From assembly GCA_964234715.1 (NCBI GenBank), contig OZ174290.1: DNA of 64,000 bases; one strand, 5' to 3'. Every line of letters begins with the position of its first letter. Within the stretch, counting starts at the first letter, position 1. The translations under genes and the position numbers were made by a program. This DNA is from Podarcis melisellensis. Its lineage: Eukaryota. The notes beneath the pieces were generated by a model that ran no database searches, had not been told where the DNA came from, and worked only from the letters and a program-made list of their open reading frames with translations. This document shows, piece after piece, positions 1 through 12,559 of this stretch.

Positions 1-774
1 TCCATAGTAAGTCCCATTAAGAATAAGGTTTAAAGTCTCGCCTGCAGAATATATGTGAGAGCATGCACTTTGGGGGCACACACCCCATTCAAAGCACACA
101 CACCCCGCAAGAATCCTGGGAACTGTAGCTCTGCGAGGAGTAAACTACAATTCCCAGGATTCACATGGGGAGGGAGGTGTGCTTTAAAAATATATGGTGT
201 TCACTAACAGACACAAAAAGAAATAGTGTGTGTATGTGTGTCCATTTGAAATCCAAACATCACCTGCACTCAGTACCTTGCAGTACAGAAAGTGAGGCTC
301 TGAGCTTGCACAGAGTGCTTTTCCTTCGCCATTCGATAAACAGGATATATACACACGTTTTTCCACCTGATCCCCAATTCTGGGCTGAGAAAGGAGAAGG
401 GTGGGTGCTGACCCCTCCGACCCACCGCAACCCCCAGGGGGCAGGCATGGCTGCCCAGAGACCTTTCTCAAAGCAGCTCCTTGGTTCTTCAAAAACAAAC
501 CAAGCCCCCTTTCCGCACCCGAGACGAGCTCCGGCACCCCTGGACGAAACGCCCCACAAATGCCCAGAAACAAACCCCGGAATTGGGGTGAGAGTTGGAT
601 GGGGAATCTATCTGGCGACGGGGGGGGACCCAAAATGCAAAGGAAGACTCCAGAGGGAGAGAGATGGGGAAAATGGAAGATGGGGGGGATCAGTCTCTTG
701 GGAGGGAACGACCCCCCCCAAAAAAAAATGTGCAAAAAAAGTGCTCAGGACCCACCCACCCCTCTCTCTCTTAC

Positions 775-831
775 CTCCTTCTTCACATTCCAGAGCAATT
801 TTTCCTTCACTGCATCTTCAGGGAGACTCAT
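775..831 (-). CDS. SGSM2: SGSM2 (small G protein signaling modulator 2, RUN/TBC) first coding exon; rest of gene lies left of the window
   Basis: Translates MSLPEDAVKEKLLWNVKKE, matching the recalled SGSM2 N-terminus (MGSAEDAVKEKLLWNVKKE). Kozak gcaccATG, 57 nt, followed by donor GTAAG at 774. Confidence 0.88.
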
Positions 832-939
832 GGTGCTTCCTGGGCTGAGCGAGGGAAGGTGGCCAAAGGGAACTCTTTCCAAAAAAAGAGAGAAGGAAAT
901 ATAGAGATCGATCGATATAGAGGTTAAAAAATTAAAACC

Positions 940-1390
940 CAGGCGGCGATTGCAATCCCTGCGGCCGGTGCAAAAGGAGGGCGATGGGCGCTTCCTCGAT
1001 CCGGCCCCAGCAGCGTCCCCCGCGCGGCCCCGCCAAGCCTGCGCTCCGCTCGGCGCTGCGGTTGCAAGAGGGCATTCCCTCCAGCGCCAGCCATCTTCCG
1101 AGCCCGCCCCCACATTGACGTCAGCCGAGCGGGGCCCGCCTCCTTGGCGGGGGGGGGTTCCTCGCTGGGGTGGGGGCGGGGAGCCGGCAGGAAACGGGAG
1201 GCGCGGCGGGGGGGGGGATTATTTGGTAACAATGTGCTTTTGTGAGGGCGTGTAGCGGGGGGTGGGCACGTTGCGCCTGCCTTACTGTAAGCTTGGGTTT
1301 TGCCGGGGGAGGAAGGAGACGAGAGGGATCCGGAGCATGGGCAGAGTTCTCGGACGCGCGCTTGCACAAACACCCGCCGCCTGCCGCTTG
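940..1390 (-). promoter_or_regulatory. CpG-island promoter/5'UTR of SGSM2
   Basis: CpG/GC-rich. Perfect CRE TGACGTCA at 1116-1123, GC box at 1102-1110, ETS/YY1-type CGGAAGATGGC on the - strand at ~1090-1100. Confidence 0.75.
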
Positions 1391-1557
1391 AATGGGTTTG
1401 GGAAGCTGCTCCTCCAACACGAAGGTCTTCATGGAGGGAGGGAGGGTTCGTTCTGTGCTTTTGTCTTCACAACAGCCCTGTGAGGTAGGTCAGGGTGAGA
1501 GTCGGAGGGAACCCTGAGGGTCATCTAGTCCAACCCCCCCCCCCTGCAATGCAGGAG

Positions 1558-1890
1558 GTAAGGTAAAGGGATCCCTAACCGTTAGGTCCAGTTGTGGCCG
1601 ACTCTGGGGTTGCGGGGCTCATCTCGCTTTATTGGCCAAGGGAGCCGGTATACAGCTTCCAGGTCATGTGGCCAGCATGACTAAGCCGCTTCTGGCGAAC
1701 CAGAGCAGCGCACGGAAACGCCGTTTACCTTCCTGCCAGAGCGGTACCTATTTATCTACTTGCACTTTGACGTGCTTTTGAACTGCTAGGTTGGCAGGAG
1801 CTGGGACCAAGCAACAGGAGCTCACCCCATCGCGGGGATTTGAACCACCGACCTTCTGATCGGCAAGCCCTAGGCGCCACCCGCGTCCCC
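1558..1890 (-). mobile_element. Sauria (POM/Squam1-type) SINE
   Basis: Same sequence family as the copies at 13491, 28468 and 33034; ACCTTT tail; 11-bp TSD CAATGCAGGAG (1547-1557 / 1891-1901). Confidence 0.9.
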
Positions 1891-1997
1891 CAATGCAGGA
1901 GAGGGAGGGCTTAAACCCGGGGCTCTCTGTGGAGTCACAGGTGCTAACCACTGCACCACACTTCCCCTCCGATGCGCACCCGTACAATGGGCAAAGG

Positions 1998-2158
1998 AAT
2001 AGCGGTTGGAGTGTCAGACGAGGACCAGGAAGACTGGGGTTCAAATCCCCCATGCAGCTATGAAACTCGCTGGGTGACCTTGAGCCAGTGGCATTCTCTC
2101 TCTCTCTCTCTTCCTTAACTTGCCCTGCCTCACAGGGTTGTTGTGCAAGATAAAATGG
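1998..2158 (+). mobile_element. MIR-like CORE SINE
   Basis: tRNA B-box GGTTCAAATCCC, CORE-like GCTGGGTGACCTTGAGCCAGT, tail CCTCACAGGGTTGTTGTG..ATAAAATGG. Confidence 0.65.
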
Positions 2159-3117
2159 CGCTCGTAGGTGGGTGGGTTGGTGTCTGGCACAACATCCTGA
2201 AGTTTCTTGGAAGAAGGCTGAGGTAAAAATATGATCAAGAAATCAAAAATAAATGGTGCCCCTGGGCAAGTGCAGAGTGCAGGAATGCCATGTGAGGGAG
2301 GGAATTTCCAAGTCTTGGTGCTTAAAATACTCAGGGGTATAAGGCCCAGAACGCAACATTGCGTTGAAAATGGGCTGTAGCTTATATTGTTTTGCATGCA
2401 AAACAATCAGGTTCAGTCCCTCGATTCCCCAGGTAGGAATGGGAGAGGCCCTCACCTGCAACCTTGGGGAACTGCTGACAATCAGTGCCCTCCATACCCT
2501 GCAGCTTTGGGTAGCCAGTCCCATCTGTCTTGTATCTTTTGTAAGTTAGGAACGGAGCTTCCATCCTCAGAGGCAATCTACCCCAGCTGCTCAGACATGT
2601 TTGGAGAGGGTCTGTTGCTGCTTTTGTGCTCCCCCAGAAACACCTGGCTGGCTGCTTTCAGAAACACTGGGCAAGATGCTGCAGAGGGGCTACCCTGAAA
2701 GAGCTTTCTTCCATTTATGAAAACACAGGGATGAGTGGAAGAAGTGATCTCTCTCTCTCTCTCTCTCATGACCTCATCATCCAGATGCAGACAAGCGTGA
2801 ATTTGCTGCTGCAGAATTTTATTTGTTTCTTATTCCAGACTCTGATTGCTGCCCTCTTGAGTTAGATATGGGTTCAGAGGAGGACAGCAAAGATGGCAAG
2901 TGGCACGTTAAACAAAGTTATTTGCAGCAAAGTCAAAGGGACCAAAGAGGTTTAGCTCGGGAAAGATGCAAGAGGAGCAACAGATGCATCTAAGCCCTTC
3001 CTTCTCCTGGCATTCCTAGCTATTTCTTCACCTATTCAAACTCCCAACCATTGATTTCTCTTTTTCTTAGGACTGACGCTTTCACTGAGAGCAGCAACGT
3101 GGCTCGTGTGCTCGGAA

Positions 3118-3368
3118 CAGGGGTCAGCAAACTTTTTCAGCAGGGGGCCGGTCCACTGTCCCTCAGACCTTGTGGGGGGCCGGACTATATTTTGGAAAAA
3201 AACAATGAACGAATTCCTATGCCCCACAAATAACCCAGAGATGCATTTCAAATAAAAGCACACATTCTACTCATGTAAAAACACGCTGATTCCGGGACCA
3301 TCCATAGGTCAGATTTAGAAGGCGATTGGGCCGGATCTGGCCCCCGGGCCTTAGTTTGCCTACCCATG
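3118..3368. mobile_element. hAT-type non-autonomous DNA transposon
   Basis: Termini CAGGGGTCAGCAAAC...GTTTGCCTACCCATG, 8-bp TSD GCTCGGAA/GCTCAGAA; inverted homolog at 15834-16090. Confidence 0.8.
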
Positions 3369-3810
3369 GCTCAGAACATAAAAGTCGCAGAGTTAATACA
3401 GGCGGGAGGGATCCTTAGAGGTCAGCCTTCCCGCTCAGCACAGGAATCTTGCAACTTCAGCAGCCCTGAGAGATGGGCGGCTGGCCACTGCCTGGAAACC
3501 TCCAGCGAAGGACAGTCCACACACCACCTCTGGGGTCAGTCTGGTCCTCCCTCGGAGTCAGCAGGGCTCTGGATAGCAGCTTCTGGGAATTGCAGTGTGG
3601 CATTCAGGGCCTGGTTGGAGGTTTCCCACGGGCATCTGGTTGGCATAGAATTGTAGATCTGAAAGGAGCCACCAGGCTCACCTAGTCTAACCCCTGCCGC
3701 TGTGAGAACAGGAGGCTGGAATATTCTGACCAGAATTGGGGCATGCGGTGTGTTGTCACATGGCTCTGGGCCCCCTCAATCGCGAACTTTCTCAATAAAA
3801 ATACAAGACG

Positions 3811-4277
3811 TAAAAGCAGAGACATCACCTTGCCAAAAAAGGTCCATATAGTTAAAGCTATGGTTTTCCCAGTAGTGATGTATGGAAATGAGAACTGGAC
3901 CATAAAGAAGGCTGCTCGTTGAAGAATTTATGCTTCTGAATTATGGTGCTGGAGGAGACTCTTGAGAGTCCCATGGACTGCAAGAAGATCAAACCTATCC
4001 ATTCTGAAGGAAATCAGCCCTGAGTGCTCACTGGAAGGACAGATCCTGAAGCTGAGGCTCCAATACTTTGGCCACCTCATGAGAAGAAAAGACCCTGATG
4101 TTGGGAAAGAAGGAGGGCACAAGGAGAAGGGGACGACAGAGGACGAATGGTTGGACAGTGTTCTCGAAGCTACAAACATGAGTTTGACCAAACTGTGGGA
4201 GGCAGTGGAAGACAGGAGTGCCTGGCATGCTCTGGTCCATGGGGTCACGAAGAGTCGGACACGACTAAACAACAACA
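3811..4277 (+). mobile_element. RTE-BovB LINE 3' fragment
   Basis: Encodes RVPWTARRSNLSILKEISPECSLEGQILKLRLQYFGHLMRR...GVTKSRTRL, ends in a (CAA)n tail; upstream stop and an internal deletion. Confidence 0.9.
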
Positions 4278-4781
4278 AAGGAACATCAGTAGCAAGGAAT
4301 CCCCAGTGGGGAGAGCCTTGTTGTGCTCCTGTCCTGCTTTCCAGGTTCCCAGAACTGCCTGGACAGCCCCTGTGGCAGCAGAAGCATCTTCCTTATGCTC
4401 TTAAAACAAAGTGATTTTTACTTCCAGTTGCATTTAGACTCCCCACATCTAAATGATTTTCACCATCCATTTCTCACCAGGATATACTGTTCGTGTGAGA
4501 AATAAACGGCCATCTCCCTTGGAGACGAAGGTGGAATAATGTTGCCACCTCCATGGAATGCTCAAGTGATGCGCAACAGCTACCAGATCTTTTTCACCTG
4601 ATCCCTCCAGCTTGGCATCAGTGCAGCCAGGGTATAACAGGTTTTTGATCTCATCCCCTCCTGTTCTTGAGGGATACAGAGCAGGTAAAGGGATGTGCTG
4701 TTGCACCCAAGCAACAACTATCAGTGCAGGAGTGCACAGCTTAAAGCTACACTGGACTCCTCATCGAGCCCGTGATCCTAT

Positions 4782-5378
4782 ACATGTCTCTCAGAAGTCT
4801 CACAGTGTTCAATGTTTCTCAGGAGACAGATGAGGTGATCAGGCACTCCCATTTCTTTAAGAACTTGCCATGGTTTGCTGTGGTCGATACAGTCAAAGGC
4901 TTTTGCATAGTCAATGAAGCAGAAGTAGATGTTTTTCTGGAACTCTCTAGCTTTCTCTATAATCCAGCACATGTTTGCAATTTGGTCTCTGGTTCTTCTG
5001 CCTCTTCTAAATCCAGCTTGCACTTCTGGGTGTTCTTGGTCCACATACTGCTTAAGCCTGCCATGTAGAATTTTAAGCATAACCTTGCTAGCATGTGAAA
5101 TGAGTGCAAATGTGCGGTAGTTGGAGCATTCTTTGGCACTGCCCTTCTTTGGATTGGGATGTAGACTGATCTTCTCCAATCCTCTGGCCACTGCTGAGTT
5201 TTCCAAACTTGCTGGCATATTGAGTGTAGCACCTTAACAGCATCATCTTTTAAAATTTTAAATAGTTCAGCTGGAATACCATCACTTCCACTGGCCTTGT
5301 TATTGGCAGTGCTTTCTAAGGCCCATTTGACTTCACTCTCCAGGATGTCTGGCTCTGGTCAGCAACCACACTACCTGG
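4782..5378 (-). mobile_element. RTE-BovB reverse transcriptase fragment (frameshifted)
   Basis: KKGSAKECSNYRTFALISHASKVMLKIL...QAGFRRGR.TRDQIAN...FCFIDYAKAFDCIDH, the BovB RT N-terminal motifs. Confidence 0.9.
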
Positions 5379-6250
5379 GGTGTACTCCCAGCAAAATGGG
5401 GTGGGGAAATGGGTCACCACCAACAGGGAAAGGACAGTTAGTGAAAATCCAGAAGATTGCAATGATGCACAAACTTACAGAATTTATGAGAGTGAGAGAT
5501 GGTAAGCTGAGAGAGGAAATTTTAAAGATAAATGGAATCCTCTAACTGGATTTGGAAAGAGTAAACGCAGAATAAATGTGGATGAATAAAATCACTTTTC
5601 TGCATGGTGAAATATTAATAGTTCTACATGACAGGTGTTTATAATGTTTATATTTCGCTATTTGGTGTGGTTGCCATATGTTTCTTGAGAATTAATAAAG
5701 TTTAATGAACAATAATAAAAATGCAGAGGGAATTTCGTTAACGTTCCTGAATGGAAATTAGATCCGAGTCCTGTTTCTTGTGGCAAGCTCAAACCACTTC
5801 TCCTTCTAAGGCTGGCGTTGCCATCTGTTTGCTATAAACTTTCCTTACAGCTTGAAAACAACGACAAGGGAGCTTGGATCTTCAAAGAAGCTTTCACTTC
5901 TTACTCTTTTTTTTAACACTTCTCCTCCTGCCAAGGAAATTATTGCTATCTAATTGCTAGCCAAAAGGAGAAGCTTCCAAGTGAGCAAACACACTCTGAA
6001 CCTCTGCACACTATCTCTGAAAACAGTCAAATATTTACAAGTTAGAAATAGTCACTAAAATATCATCAATAAAAAAAAACACAAAAAAGTATTTAAAAAT
6101 AAATTGCTTTAAGAAAAGTATATTTGGCCCTATGTCCTTTTTTCCCCTCCTTTTTTTTGGTGGGTGTGGAAAAAGTACTAACTTTAAAATGCAAGTTTTG
6201 AGGGAAACAGCTTACTGAGATGTTTCAGCACCACCACTGGAAGTTTAATA

Positions 6251-6299
<49 letters not shown>
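6251..6299. repeat. (AAT)n microsatellite, probably an L2 tail
   Basis: Pure AAT run followed by ACCCTGCCCATCTGG, resembling the reversed L2 3' end seen elsewhere in the window. Confidence 0.8.
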
Positions 6300-6300
<1 letters not shown>

Positions 6301-9143
6301 CCTGCCCATCTGGGGTTTGATTCTTTGTTTAGGACTCGATCAGCACCAGGGCTTTGTATCCTAAATTGGGTGTCAACTTAGCATAACAAAACTAGAAAGA
6401 TTATTTTATTTATTGTTAGTCGCTTATCTTGCCCAGGGCAACCCAGATTGTGTCATCACTGTTATGTCATTGTAAATTCACTGTGCTTCTCTAGTATAGG
6501 GTATCGCAGAGGAAACTTGTTGGATTTCACGGCCATTTTGGCCTCTGCAGTTTGCTTCAATTTCCCTACAGTTACTCTCCCCCTGTGTACATATCTTCCA
6601 ACTGAGGACAAGCATTCATGTGGCCTCAGCAGACCACAAAAGCTTATGCCACAATAAACCTGCTAGCCTTTAGGGCATGGCCAGTGGTCAAGGGTAATGG
6701 GAAGTCCATAATATTTGGCAAGCACCACATTGGCTAGCCCTAATATAAAGGCTAAGTTGAGCAACCTTTAGATCCAGTTTTCAAAAGGGCCAAGATGCTG
6801 AAATTTGGCAGACCTCCTCTGAAAGCAACTGGTTAGCTCAGCTGGGAGCCACCACCACAAAAACCCTGTCATCCTGGTCAATGAAGAAATCATCAAGAGG
6901 TTCCCAGAGCAAAGCAACCATCAAAAGGATGACATTCTTCTGATGTCAGAAGCACCTGGATCTGAGGTCGCCTGGGAAACCCTTTATTAAATACACATTT
7001 CAATCATAAGATGGGTCCTAAAAAACCTGCACATCCCAAAGATGCGTATCGTCAGCAAACAACCAAATTTGTTTCTGCTTGGTTTTTTTAGCTCTCGCAA
7101 TATCTCATGGCTTCTATGCTGGTTGCAGACACTGTTGACATGGAATGTAATTTAGTTCTTAAAGCAAGCTAGGAAAGAGCACTAAAGCACCAAGGAGACA
7201 ATCGTGCAGCCTCGAGCAAATCACATTTCGCTCTTTTAATGGGATTTACTTCTGAGTAAGCTGGCTGAGTAAGCCAGGCATGAGCCGCTCTGCCAAGTAC
7301 TTTGTGCAACTGTTAAACATGCCATTTCATCGCCAATCTCTAAACCGGAGCAGGCAACTAGTGGCCCGTCACATGCTGCGGAACTGAATTGCCCATCCCT
7401 GCCTCTGGGGATTTTAAAGTGGGTTTTTAAGGATGTGGAATTGAGAACCAAGGAAGCTGGTTCTCAGGAGACACTGAGCCTTATTTAAGCCAGCTAGCCC
7501 GCCAAAGTTTTGGAACACATAAGGAACAGAGGAGGCTGTCTTAATAGGATTCAGATCATTGGTGCATCAAGCAGAGCATTGTTGACACTTTCTGGTAGCA
7601 GCTTCTCAGGCAGAGAAAATCCCTAGCCCTAACTGGAGATGCCAGGGATTGAATTTGAGACCAGCATCTAGCTAGCTCAGTTATTTTGCACTGATTGGAA
7701 GTGGCCTTCCAGGTTTTTGGAGGGTGAACATTCCTCGCTTTACCAGGAGATGCCAGAGGTGGAACCCGGGACCTTCTGCATGGCCAAGCACGTGTGGGAA
7801 ACCTTTGACCCTCCAGATGTTGCTGGAATACAATCCCCATCAGCCCCTAGCAAGCACAGCCAGTGGCCACGGATGATGGGAGTTGTAGTTCGGCAACAAC
7901 CTGGCTGGACAACAAGTTCTCCACATCTGCCTAATGAGAACAGAGGGGTGCCTGCAAAGACAGAGGACCTCTATTTGCTGCTGGACTACATCTCCCAACA
8001 TCCCTGGTTGCTGGCCATTCTGGCTGGGACTGATTGGAGTTGGGAGTCCAAATAAACATTTAGGAGGGATATAGGCTCTCTATCCCTGGGGCTTGGTACT
8101 GGATTTCCTCTGGAGTTTGAAGAATTAAATATAGAAAGGACTTGTGCATTGGACACTCAACTAGACAAGTCCCAGACCTTGCAAAAGTGAGGACAGAACA
8201 GGTATTTCCGTCCTGGTCATCAGAATTTCATGCACTTGCAATAAACATACAGGCCACCTGCAGCAGGCAGGCAGGGCCTCGGGTGAATTTCTGTTTAAAA
8301 TGATTACAGATCCCACCGACGTATAAAACGTTTTCCATCTAAGACCCACGTTTGTCTTAACGGGAAGAAAATTTGTGTTGGGAGGCTTGCATACTTTCCT
8401 CCTGGGAAATGCTTATGAAAATAGCTCAAAAATAGGGAGAGAGGGGGCAGGAGAAAGAATGGCTGAGTTATGAGTAAGCAGTGATTGCACTCGGCTCTGA
8501 TGTATTTTGAAGCTCCATTCTGGCACTGGGTGATGCAAAAAAAGGAGAACACATGACAGATGTTGAATTTGCCAGAAGACATCTAATTCTACAGCATTTT
8601 TGAAAGACACAGGAGGAGCGGAATATCCCTATTGGAACATTAAAAATAATCAAGGGGCAATTGCATCCATTTTTTTTGCAAGTGGAAGGTTGGGTATTGC
8701 ATACAGCAATACCGTAAGAATCCCCACTTTTTTACTTTTAAAGAAAATCATATTGGCAGCCGTTGCAGTGAAGTCTTGAGCCTCCCAAATAGGGGTGTGC
8801 ATATAATATGTAAAATAAGTAAATAAATACATGCACAGGGCCATGCCCAAGGCGAGAAATCTAGCACAGGCTTCAGAATCAAGCCTCAGTTTTAAAACAC
8901 CATCCCAACCTCATGTTTCTAGCCCTCATGGATATTTAGAAAAACCTTGAGTGTCTCCAGGCTCTTCCTAGTCAGCTCCACAAGCAACAGGTGGGCAAGA
9001 CCTACAGCTGTGAGGATATGGGATTCTTGTGCCTTTCTTAGTAGCTTGCTCCTTCCCACAAAAATGTAAAAACATATATATAAATCTTTCCATGATTGTA
9101 CGCAGGTTACAAGAAAATTAGGCCTGTGTGATACAGAATATTG

Positions 9144-9149
9144 TTTATT
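9144..9149 (-). terminator. Candidate TNFAIP1 poly(A) signal (3'UTR ~2 kb)
   Basis: AATAAA on the - strand followed by U/GU-rich sequence. Other AATAAA hexamers exist (e.g. ~6983), so the choice is uncertain. Confidence 0.4.
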
Positions 9150-11199
9150 TGTTCTGTGTCAGGAGCACACAGATGTCATGATCCGAGTTACCGGATATAT
9201 AACCCATTGCACGTTCAGCCAAGCATGGGTTAACCAGAAGCAGCGACTTACCTTGGGTGAAAATTAACCACCATCTAACCACCGAGGGTTAACAACCCGC
9301 TAACCGCTGCTATCAGTGACCCCCACAAATTCTGGTCCAGCCTATATTTGTGGGGAAGGAGCCCTCCTCCCTCCTACGCACCTCAAACAACCTGCTGGCC
9401 TGGACCACGCAGGGGGAATCTTTTGGCCCTCAGGCTGAACTACAACTCCCATCATCCCAGGCTGCTGGCCATGCTTGCCGAGGCTGATGGAAGTTGCAGT
9501 TCCGCCACATCAGGAAGGGCAAAAGGTTCCCCACACATGGCCTGGGGAGCCTGCAATGAGGTCTGATTAAACAAGGAGGTATAGAGCACAGCCAGCAGTC
9601 ATCGCGGAGAATTCAACTCACATGCTCTTTGGCCACACCACCAAGGGGTGGCCAGGATAGTGGTGTTTGCCAGATGTTCCGGACCACAACTCCCATCATC
9701 CCCTGCTCCCATACAGTATGAACCAAGGCCTATCCAGGAAGCAGGGCCAATGGCCAGGGGCCAGTTGTGGTTCAGCAGCATGGAGCCAGTAGTGTTCCCC
9801 CCCACCTGGCCTAATACCTCCCTCCCCCCATCCTTGCCTCCATCTCCATCTTGCATACAACACTCATTGTGGTGTGGCTTCACTGCCGCAAACACAATGC
9901 AGTATAAAAATGTGATTGTTTTCCCCAAACTGAACTGACTGGCGATCGAGTAGGGCGTTGCCCCACTGGCTTTTCACTGTATTTCTATAGCAAATCTGCA
10001 CTTTGAGAAACAGTATAATGGATATGTCCCTCCACCACGGCCACCAATGTGCACTTTGTCTCACTCTACAAGGGGTCGTTTCAATCTCATGGCAAGAGCC
10101 ATCTCTCTCTCTCAGCAGTCTGCCATGAAGGGAGGGAAAGGGATGGAGGGGCAGGGTGTTGGAGGTAGAGAGGGTGGCCTCACCCACTTTGGGTCATGGC
10201 CCGCACCCCCCAACAAATCAACTCGGAGTGAACATAACTCTGGAAAGCAAAAAAACAAAACAAAAAATAGGAGCTCCTGCCCTCTGATCTAATGATAATG
10301 CCCACTGACCAATAGCAGATGTTTAGGACTAGAAACAGCACTTTGAGGCAGGCAAACTTGCTGGATAAGCACCCCCTCCCCATGCACAAAACGCGTAAGC
10401 TCCTCAACCGGTTTGTGGGGCAAAATGGAAAAAGGCTGAATTTTGCCACACCCCCATTTCTCTTCTGCCTCTCCATCCCATCTCGCCGGACATGCAATCC
10501 TTTCAGGACCAGGGTAGAAGGATGGGCTCACTTTTCACCAGAAACCAGTCCCACTTGGCTTTCCCATTGTTCCTTGGCAATACGTAACAAAATATTTAAG
10601 TCAGGATTCGGGGCTGAAATTCTTCCAGCTCTGGCAAAGAGCATTCTGTAACGGATGTGTGTAGTGTTTGCCCTACGTAAGGAAAACTAGTGTTCGGCTT
10701 TTGCTCACCATCCTCAGCACCTAGATTCTAAAAACCTAACGAACAAAAAAAAGAGGGTTCTCCAAGCAGAGTCTGAGACCACTCAGCCCAAGATGGTTCC
10801 CCTCCTGCAAGAACCACTCTCAGAGGGGAAGGAAGGAAACGGCAGCTTCTTCTCGAGCCAGAAATAAGTTGTTCAGCAGCTTCTAGAAGAGAAGTTAAGT
10901 CTCAGAGGAACAATTACAGCCGGTAAGGTTTGGGAAGCTGGCATTGTGGATTGCAGGCCTTGAGAGCACCTTGATCTGTTTTGCCGGAATCAGAAGCCAA
11001 GCACAGCTCCGGCGCGATGAAGGAACGCCAGCTTGGGCGCAGGGCAGGGACCGTTCCGAGCACAAAATCGTTCTTGGGGAGGCAGGGTTGAAAGTAGTGG
11101 AGGTGCAGAGGACAGCCCCCCTGCTTCGAAGCCAGCCAGACCCTTGTGGAAAGGGCGTCATCCCTTGCGAGCTCCCCCCCCCCCCCGCACTGCGTGGGC

Positions 11200-11421
11200 T
11201 TAGTGGCCTATCTGCCGGTCGTCGTACGTGCTGTAGCGCTTGACGTGGATGCGCCGGACGCGGTCGCGCAGCTCAAAGCTGCCGTCATCGTCTTCGCTCT
11301 GGGAGGCCTGGGGGCGGCTCCGGCTGGTTGCCTCGAGCAGGGAGTTGTCGGGAACCCGGGGAGTCTCGTACAGCAGGACGTTCAAGGTCTCCTCATAGAT
11401 GCGGGCCTCAGGGAACTCGAC
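11200..11421 (-). CDS. TNFAIP1: TNFAIP1 last coding exon
   Basis: CAG acceptor; [36 protein letters not shown]...[20 protein letters not shown]; TAA at 11200-11202. Confidence 0.96.
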   Translation of the reverse strand, partial: VEFPEARIYEETLNVLLYETPRVPDNSLLEATSRSRPQASQSEDDDGSFELRDRVRRIHVKRYSTYDDRQIGH

Positions 11422-11653
11422 CTGGAGGGAGAAAAGAGTCGAGGGGGTTACTGGGAGGAGCAAATGCACCAAAGATCACCCTTCTTCACTGACGTTTGTG
11501 GAACGCTTTCCCCAGGGAGGCTCGCCAGGCACCTCTGTTACGTATCTTCAAGCGTCAAGCAAGAATCTTCCCTTTTATCCAGGCCTTTGGCTTTTTACCT
11601 ATGGCCTTTTAGAGTGAGTAGGATGCTTTCATGCATTATTATTATTTATTGAA

Positions 11654-12064
11654 CCGCAATACCTCAAGGACCGCCTCTTTCCATATGAGCCTACTCGGAC
11701 CATGAGATCGTCTTCTGAGGCCCTTCTTCGTGTGCCTCCTCCACGAGAGGTCCGGAGGGTGGCAACACGAGAACAGGCCTTCTCTGCGGTGGCTCCCCAT
11801 CTGTGGAATGCTCTCCCCAGGGAGGTTTGCCTGGTGCCGTCATTGTACACCTTTAGGCGCCAGGCAAAAACGTTCCTTTTTAACCAGGCTGATCTGATTT
11901 ACATCCTATACCCTTTTAAATGTGGTGGGTTTTGGGCGGGGCTATTGGGTTGTTGTTTTTATTTTTATTATGTATTTTGTGGTTTTATATCTTGATTTTA
12001 TTCTGTGAACTGTGCTGAGATCCCCGGGTATAAGGCGGTATATAAATTAAATAAATAAATAAAA
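11654..12064 (+). mobile_element. L2-clade LINE 3' fragment
   Basis: PQYLKDRLFPYEPTRTMRSS...QAFSAVAPHLWNALP...FRRQAKTFLF, an L2 C-terminus, with a (TAAA)n tail. Confidence 0.8.
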
Positions 12065-12559
12065 TACCGCCCTTCTGCCGTAGATCTCAGGACAGTCCAC
12101 AGATTAAAAATACAAGATAAAAACACAGAATGCAAACAACAACAAGAACAGAAAATAACCACCACCACCTATTTTATGGATTTTTAAAATATAAGCTGCT
12201 TTGACTTGCCATAGCAAAGAAAAAAAGCGACAAGCAAATTTAATAAATACTAATAACGGAGGCCAGAGGGAGTAAATCCTCTCAGCTATTTCCCCCTGCC
12301 CTGCTGCTGAATCTTATTCAAATAAATACAAGCCCAAGCTAAGGGCTTAGTTGCTTCCCCACCCCAGAATCCTCAGCTGTCTCCTTTGCTCCACTGTGCC
12401 AGACAGCAAGAGTGGAGCAGGGGTGCTGAAGGCAGGGAAAGAGGTTGTAGTGTCTGCCTCCGCCAAAGCGCCCTACACCCTTCGCCATAACTAGGAGCAG
12501 CAGAATCTCACAAAAAGAAAGCCACCACCGATCACAGTGACGAGATGCTTACATGCAAA

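Noticed and set aside
165-927. Overlapping 110-227 aa ORFs near the window start
   Set aside because: Low-complexity GC-rich intron/5'UTR of SGSM2; no recognisable protein. Only the 19-codon exon is supported.
3811-5378. Single intact or inverted BovB element, or evidence of new horizontal transfer
   Set aside because: Two separate decayed fragments ~500 bp apart with no shared TSD. BovB is a long-known resident of squamate genomes.
1400-11000. Expected POLDIP2 3' exons
   Set aside because: No POLDIP2-like peptide (ApaG/YccV domains) seen in the ORF track or by eye; the region is repeats and UTR.
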